A DNA stretch of 41,418 nt from Candidatus Hadarchaeota archaeon (GTDB lineage: Archaea > CAYQAE01 > CAYVLA01). Made by a program: the position numbers and the translations under genes. Shown here piece after piece: positions 36,601 to 41,418 of this stretch. The number at the start of each line of letters is the position of its first letter. Position 1 is the first letter of the stretch. Location of the stretch: the NCBI GenBank assembly GCA_964621445.1, contig CAZUNO010000019.1, positions 1 through 41,418 of the forward strand. Reading direction: 5' to 3'. The notes below the pieces were generated by a model, which worked only from the letters and a program-made list of their open reading frames with translations, was not told where the DNA came from and did no database searches.

Positions 36601-39577
36601 GGCGTGGCTCAAGAAGGGAGTCATCGGGTTCCTATCGGCCGAAAGTCCCCCCATCATGCGTGAGAACCTTTGCCGACTGATTTGGGAGGGAGGAGAGTGG
36701 AGCGGGCAGATGGCACCGGGCTACTCCTCGGACGGTTATCTGCTGATTGTAGGTGAGGGAGAGGTGGTGCCCTCCTTCCACCACGGTCGCTTCAATATCG
36801 AGTGGAGCGGCGACCATCGAAAGGATGTGGATTATTGCGATACCGATTACGGGGACTCCAATGGGAACTGGAAGCCGGAGATAATGGTTGGCCGAATCAT
36901 TGGGGACGATGCAAACACCATGAGGAGGCCCATACAGGCCAGCATTGACGTTGAGCAGGAGGAAGCCGAGTATGGCCGCGATAAGGCCCTGTTGATATCT
37001 GGTTATGGAGCCCACTACAGGGACTTCGTGTCGAACGTGAACGATATCTACACCCTTCTACACCCGCTGTCGGATCCACCCTATTCCCTGGTCATCAGGG
37101 AGTACATGGACGACTACTTCTATCTGAGAAGATTCTCCCACACCTATACCAGATATGATGGCCTGGCTATTGGCGATGTGACCGGTGGGGGTAACCTAAT
37201 AACCCTTGTCAAGGACGATGACCACACGCTCTACGCATACAATAATTTTGGTTCCCTTGTTGCCACCCATGACTGCCCCAGTTTCGATGCCCACTGCATT
37301 CTCAGGGCCGTCCCGGTGGCAGGGGCTGACATGCTCGCAATATTGGACCCCCATGAGGATGTCATATGGATCAGGGACCTCCCGGGTTCATCCATAGACG
37401 ACATCCCCATCACCCCGGTCTCGGGACATGTGGATTTTGATGTAGGAGATATTGACGGCGACGGCCAGGTTGATTACGTCGTGGCCAGCGCCCGCAGTGA
37501 TCGCGTTTACCTATACGAACCCGGCTCACCGGAATCATCCTTCCCCTTTGATTTCACGGACCACGACCGATTGGCAGTTGGTAACGTGATTGGAGATGCC
37601 AAGGAGGAGATCGTCATAGCCAGGAATGACGACAACAGCCTGTTCATCATGGATGGGGCGGGAGGGGTATTGACCACCATATCCAGCCCCGACAGGACCT
37701 ACTTCACCCGCCACGACAGAATGGCTATAGGGGATGTATGCGGTGGGGTCATGGAGGAGATAGTGGTGGCCATGAACGATGACGGGATTGTCCGGGCTTA
37801 CAATTCAACCGGCCATCAACGGGCCTGGGTGGACCTTGGTTTTACCCGACGTGACCAGTTGGCACTCGGGGACCTGCGTGGTGACCCAAAGGAGGAAATC
37901 GTGATTGCCAGGGATGACGATAGCTGGGTTTTAATTGGGGACATGTACTGGGCGAACAGGATAAGGAGGGAGCTGGGGAGCTCGAGTCAGGGTACGGACG
38001 TGATAATGTTCAACGGGCACGGGAATATAAACAACTGGAACTGCTACCGCACGGGGGATCTACCCCCTGATTTCGGGAGCGGCGTGCCTTTCGTGTTGGC
38101 GGTAACCTGCCTGAGCGGTAACTACGAGGAAGGAACTATTGCAGAGGGTTTTCTGGGTAAGGGGGCAGCGGTCTACATCGGTTCCACGATGGTATCCCCC
38201 ACTAACATCAATAGCTGGGTCGGCGAGAGGTTTTTCGAAAACTGGGTGGATACCGGAAGGGACCTGGGGCAGGCTTTCAGAAAGACGGAACGGGATGTCA
38301 GGAACCACTTCCATGGCCGGAGGCACGGCGAGTTCGGTGATTACTGGGTGGCCGAGTATAATTTCTATGGAGACCCCAAGTTCGGGGCAATCCCCTCAAC
38401 GGGATCGATGGCTTCGCTTGCTGGTGGGTCGGGGCCTCCCTCCGAGGTTATTATAGACGTCCCCGAACTTCAAGTGGAATACGATGATGGTAATCATGTC
38501 CTCTCGATTCCCGGTGGAACACCGAACATGGAGGCCGGAATGCCCCAGCTACCGGTGTACACATGTACAATACCGATCCCACACCAATGGATAGTCAACA
38601 AGGTGGCCCTGGAGTCAAAACGGGAGGGGCTGCGACTGGAGGGCATTGAGTTGCCACCAGCCCTGGTGACAAACGGCTCCATCGCTCTGGGATCCGATCC
38701 CGGTTCTGACTACCCGGAGGGGATCTACCCCGCGGTGGATTTTGAGTGGGAGGTTTTTGAGGAGCATGGCAACTCCCGGTCTCTGGCCTTGACCGTGTTC
38801 CCGGTAAGGTACGACATGCTTACCGCAAACCTCACCTTCTGGGACCAATTCGTGTTCGCCATCAACTCCTCCCCCAAATCGGTATTTCTATCCGACATCG
38901 AGTTTGACCTGGTTGATCAGGGGGAAGAGGAGACCCTTTGGGTGGAGGTGGAGATCGATTCAATCGGGGAACGGGAAATCATCCTCGGGGGCACCGTGGG
39001 TCCCCTGGGCACGGGGAACCGGACGGGCGGATTTAAGCTTCAGAATCTCGAGGTTTCTGGCAAAACCTTTGCTCGTATGGAATTGGAGCTGCCCGAAATG
39101 GAAAGTGGGGGGTACATGGCCGAGATAATGGTAATGGATCTTCAGGGGAGGGTTCTGGACCTGCGCGGGGCCCGTTTCTGGGTGGGTGAGTGGCCGGTAA
39201 ATGTGACAGGTCTGGAGGTGACGGATGACATCCCTCCCGGGGCGTGTCTAAACGCGACCATTGGAATCGAGAATAGTGGGGAGGTCCAGCTGAATGGAAC
39301 GGCCAGGCTTTGGGTCCTGGACGATATGGGAAGGGAAACCGATATAATGACCGAACAAGAGGTAGGGATAATGCCCGGCGAGCTGGTCCTTTTCAATAGG
39401 TCTCTGGATATTGGCCGTCTTGGTGAGGGGCGGTACTTCCTGGCAGGATGCGTGTCCACCCGGGGCAGGCCATCGCGCCATGTGTACGGGGAGTTCCTGG
39501 TGGCGGAGGAGCCATTAGTAGTGGCTTTGGCCGTACTCCTCCTTCTGGCTGGGAGGGTCTACAGGGTAATCTGGTAG
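33677..39577 (+). CDS. large surface protein: 4 CARDB + FN3/Ig-like domains + peptidase C25 (gingipain-like) with FG-GAP insertion + propeptide-like domain + C-terminal TM
   Basis: PDL...E.DE.NN repeated four times. C25 motifs DYLIV, YLLIVG..VVP, PEIMVGRI, FNGHG (His), AVTCLSG (Cys), YNFYGDP. Confidence 0.88.
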   Translation: MKGGRLGSGLWLCQCCILLGLLVLGFNSAYCLPDLVIDEIDVEPGIPVEGHQATLMATVRNAGTTKTGSGFTCQFNIDGQFLGSVQMGVLAPGETSMASTKWVPSLGSPVVGFFADINQAIGEIDEGNNYGQKTLVVEGENPDLVVESIRWTPAEPSRGETIEVKVVIKNAGYRQVTSTFQGRLVIDGVPRPINIFSPPLAVGETREVRTDWVPTRSGVHKLEYRVDLSYDVSEISDQNNHAHEFVNVTDPAYPDLYVKEVNWTPLHAINGSVVEVNITVANGGNSTAEAPFTGILSSYSGEVSTVEYNSSIGPNQTYTVALAFLACIQEFSQMSFFVDPEFVVDEWDTGNNGYLFDLLVFEPSSLPDLMITDVWVHGPNLRFQVMNRGNQTAPEFQVGLELEGQYTSNTEIGELAPGDRCYGTFQGLFDCQGKSTEVSVLADSRSVVPELDESNNRRTENWKCDTDPPRILGSPGFQLNPTSTRITWTTDEKSDSTVVMDEKIPLGSISKSNSSLVTEHSIQVKGLNPSTVYAFYVESSDDAGNSVRSETFTLITPPTYDSSPPKIHGYHKTEAGGHPLFRLNASDDSGIRRVEFRANGALLGTDYSSPYEIPLDEEESTEGMMNITATVFDLFGNSREMKMSIEVGNFLPRDGSPLIVILNPREGDTVSGELEVRVLANDPDGFDFLEIFFDSDAIFRVSGTPTTLIGFEGATPEIEKGDLEAEDSFNITYRLDTLAWDNGPHTLRVAGSDIYGNSTEWIINLTVFNPVPRRHPELIFSRPDQELISRPGMGPVAGLVAVLEVRNAGEAPAINVTIEDTLHGFYPTGSFYTIPASDAAFSTRLYRSIGIGAAVMKFPEIPAGQSIIIKYAVIPILREGSGDHRNIGASVIIDYNGSQGDTYSEIICLTAASVTVEMESPPFHWSRGEMIDLEDAVESCIHTSDYLIVTCPPNLFFAGGTDEDHSKLMESMSRLAWLKKGVIGFLSAESPPIMRENLCRLIWEGGEWSGQMAPGYSSDGYLLIVGEGEVVPSFHHGRFNIEWSGDHRKDVDYCDTDYGDSNGNWKPEIMVGRIIGDDANTMRRPIQASIDVEQEEAEYGRDKALLISGYGAHYRDFVSNVNDIYTLLHPLSDPPYSLVIREYMDDYFYLRRFSHTYTRYDGLAIGDVTGGGNLITLVKDDDHTLYAYNNFGSLVATHDCPSFDAHCILRAVPVAGADMLAILDPHEDVIWIRDLPGSSIDDIPITPVSGHVDFDVGDIDGDGQVDYVVASARSDRVYLYEPGSPESSFPFDFTDHDRLAVGNVIGDAKEEIVIARNDDNSLFIMDGAGGVLTTISSPDRTYFTRHDRMAIGDVCGGVMEEIVVAMNDDGIVRAYNSTGHQRAWVDLGFTRRDQLALGDLRGDPKEEIVIARDDDSWVLIGDMYWANRIRRELGSSSQGTDVIMFNGHGNINNWNCYRTGDLPPDFGSGVPFVLAVTCLSGNYEEGTIAEGFLGKGAAVYIGSTMVSPTNINSWVGERFFENWVDTGRDLGQAFRKTERDVRNHFHGRRHGEFGDYWVAEYNFYGDPKFGAIPSTGSMASLAGGSGPPSEVIIDVPELQVEYDDGNHVLSIPGGTPNMEAGMPQLPVYTCTIPIPHQWIVNKVALESKREGLRLEGIELPPALVTNGSIALGSDPGSDYPEGIYPAVDFEWEVFEEHGNSRSLALTVFPVRYDMLTANLTFWDQFVFAINSSPKSVFLSDIEFDLVDQGEEETLWVEVEIDSIGEREIILGGTVGPLGTGNRTGGFKLQNLEVSGKTFARMELELPEMESGGYMAEIMVMDLQGRVLDLRGARFWVGEWPVNVTGLEVTDDIPPGACLNATIGIENSGEVQLNGTARLWVLDDMGRETDIMTEQEVGIMPGELVLFNRSLDIGRLGEGRYFLAGCVSTRGRPSRHVYGEFLVAEEPLVVALAVLLLLAGRVYRVIW
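37140..37945 (+). repeat. six FG-GAP-like protein repeats
   Basis: FT..D.LA.G[DN]V.GD.KEEIVIA.DD consensus repeated in the translation. Confidence 0.8.
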
Positions 39578-40602
39578 GCGAGAACCCTCTCCACGGTCTC
39601 ATTTATCCCCATGGTCCGGGTATACTGGGGATCTATAGATTCAACGTACATCAGAAGTCGTTCCTGGTGGGGATCGGCAACCAGGCTCGAGTAGCCAAGC
39701 AGGGGGTGATCGGGTTTCTCGTAAGGTGAGAGAGGTTTCCAGGGTTTTCTCGATATACACTTCAAGTCGCCCTCCTGGGGGTAAATTGAATATATAACGA
39801 ATTCGGACACCGACCCGCCGCCGTGCCCCACTCCGTACTCGTCAGCGTAGACCACATCCGGCTTCCTCTCCCTGGAATCCGAAATCTGGGTCTCGAGCCC
39901 CACGAATACCGGCCCCCTGTCGGAGCCAAATATGCTTCCCGAGAGAAAGCATAGCTTGTCCCTTCCATCTACAGTCAGCGGTCCGTGCTTTTCGAAGTTG
40001 ATTCCATCCGGGCTGGTGGCAAGGGCCGGTCGCTCCTGGTTGGAGCGGTTCTTGGCCTTGTAGATGCAGTACCAGGTGTCATCTATTATATCCACCGTGG
40101 AGTCCCTGGCCTGGTGGGCATCGAAATCCGGCCCATTGGGGATCACGATTCCCGGGGATTCCCATGGTCCCTGGAGCGAATCTGCGGTGAGAAGAACCGT
40201 TTCCCACTGCACCCCTCCCCAGACGAACTCCTCCCCGGTATCACAGGACACAAATAGGTGCCAACGGTGGTCATCGGGATTTCTCAAAAGCTGTGTGCCC
40301 TCGATGCTTTGAATTGGGATTCCTGAGGTTTCGGAAACATCTCTCTTTGATATGGAGTCCAGAAGCTCGTATCCCAAACCATCCTCGGAGGTGTATATTT
40401 TGGCCGCGTATCCTCTCTCCTGGTCCCTGGCTATGCGGGGCCTGGCGGTCATAACGAAGCGCTTGCCTATATCATCGTATATGGCCTTTCCAGCTCCTAT
40501 CCAGGAACCAGGCTGGAAATCCGGAGGGTTGAGCACTACGTCCAGGTATTCCCTCCTCCGGTACAGGGAGTCCAGAGCATCGAGTTCAAGATCTTGTGTC
40601 AT
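39559..40602 (-). CDS. five-bladed beta-propeller glycoside-hydrolase-like protein
   Basis: YTSEDGLGY, ADSLQGPW, ARDS.V..IDDTWYCIY, ATSPDGINFEK repeats, as seen in GH32/43/130-like propellers. Confidence 0.65.
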   Translation of the reverse strand: MTQDLELDALDSLYRRREYLDVVLNPPDFQPGSWIGAGKAIYDDIGKRFVMTARPRIARDQERGYAAKIYTSEDGLGYELLDSISKRDVSETSGIPIQSIEGTQLLRNPDDHRWHLFVSCDTGEEFVWGGVQWETVLLTADSLQGPWESPGIVIPNGPDFDAHQARDSTVDIIDDTWYCIYKAKNRSNQERPALATSPDGINFEKHGPLTVDGRDKLCFLSGSIFGSDRGPVFVGLETQISDSRERKPDVVYADEYGVGHGGGSVSEFVIYSIYPQEGDLKCISRKPWKPLSPYEKPDHPLLGYSSLVADPHQERLLMYVESIDPQYTRTMGINETVERVLAYQITL

Positions 40603-40721
40603 TTGTATCAGAATCCTTAATTAACAAGACAGCAGGTGCCTAAAAAAGGGTTACCCGTCTACAGGCTAGGATGGGTGTCCCCGGTGTAACACTAAGTGTC
40701 TACCCAAATATGGGTTGAGAA

Positions 40722-41418
40722 TTATACTTCTCGCTCCGAAATCGGTTTTTTGATTTTTTTATTTTTTTCAAACTTTGGATCACGTAGCACTGCCTGCGCC
40801 GAGGTTTTCGCCTGGCGTAGAGAACGTAGTGTCCATTGTAGAAGTACTCCAGCGAGAAAAAAAGTTTTTAGGAGGTTCGTTTGTGGTATTCTTGCCCATA
40901 TGTTTAGGGTTCCAGACTGCACGGTGGCTAGGTGTTTGTCGTCTAGCCACACGGGGCTTGATCCTTCTAGTTCTTGGGTGGTGTTCCATGTCTGGGTCGA
41001 GTACATAGTGGTGTTCCGGAAAGGATCGAATCGTCCTCCGTGGTGGCACGCTGCTAGTGCTTGTCCGTCTGGCGACCAGCTTAGATAAGGGGGCAGGCAT
41101 GTGGAGGCACGGTCCTGGGGTCCGTCATAGATTATGTTCCAGGTCGAGTCGTAGATCCTGAGTCCTCCCCAGTAGTAATAGGGAACATAGGGTCCGGATA
41201 GGATCGCGACCCTTGGCTGTTCCGGGTTGGACGCTGTGGTGCGGGATGCCGCTATGGCCCAAACGGGTCCTTTCAACAGGCCTGCCCACCCCTCTTTGTG
41301 TATTCTGTCCATCACCGTTCCCTTGCCGGCATCCCAGATCACGATCTCGCCCAGATCGTGCGGCTCGTCCCACCAGCCCACTTCGCCCTGCTCCATGCGC
41401 GTGATGTCCAGCACGTCG
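40722..41418 (-). CDS. WD40/TolB-like beta-propeller protein, 5'-truncated by the window edge
   Basis: IVIWDAGKG, LSWSPDGQALA, TLNIW repeats. The C-terminal tail runs into AT-rich sequence. Confidence 0.6.
   Translation of the reverse strand, partial: DVLDITRMEQGEVGWWDEPHDLGEIVIWDAGKGTVMDRIHKEGWAGLLKGPVWAIAASRTTASNPEQPRVAILSGPYVPYYYWGGLRIYDSTWNIIYDGPQDRASTCLPPYLSWSPDGQALAACHHGGRFDPFRNTTMYSTQTWNTTQELEGSSPVWLDDKHLATVQSGTLNIWARIPQTNLLKTFFLAGVLLQWTLRSLRQAKTSAQAVLRDPKFEKNKKIKKPISEREV

Noticed and set aside
3815-40690. 12-bp match CCCCGGTGTAAC at 3815-3826 and 40679-40690
   Set aside because: Many 12-mer matches are expected by chance in 41 kb. It lies 5' of the tRNA rather than at an att-like position.
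1-41418. CRISPR array, IS/transposase, integrase, rRNA, selenocysteine or pyrrolysine read-through
   Set aside because: No regularly spaced repeats or recombinase motifs were seen. In-frame stops occur only in genes that also carry frameshifts.

Overview
Archaeal chromosomal window. Evidence for this: rps8e, FAU-1, a FEN1-family gene, COG2413/DUF373 genes, BRE-TATA promoters, and tRNAs without encoded CCA that carry bulge-helix-bulge (BHB) introns. The lineage cannot be fixed from sequence alone. Housekeeping genes include apt, leuC-leuD-leuB, an AIR-synthase/HypE-like gene, fau-1, rps8e, a hisI-pyrE fusion, yjbQ, an rfaE-type kinase and zupT. Accessory surface genes include an exosortase/archaeosortase, a CocE/NonD hydrolase, a 1966-aa CARDB/gingipain-like protein and two paralogs of an uncharacterised membrane-anchored family. 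A serpin and an MFS transporter are decayed. Main observations: (1) four tRNAs the ORF track does not show carry seven introns, six at non-canonical sites (Pro-TGG has three, Ala-CGC two). (2) An archaeosortase with a Cys/Arg/His triad lies near secreted proteins whose C-termini resemble sorting signals but match no named CTERM motif that I know. (3) The FEN1-like gene appears to start at ACG and has a shortened helical arch, and a HAD gene needs a non-canonical start. (4) There are unusual architectures: HisI-PyrE, wHTH-methyltransferase, a di-haem 4-TM/Tat/DUF4430-like protein, and a C25 protease with an inserted FG-GAP array and a C-terminal propeptide-like domain. All family assignments come from motif recognition by eye; no searches were run.
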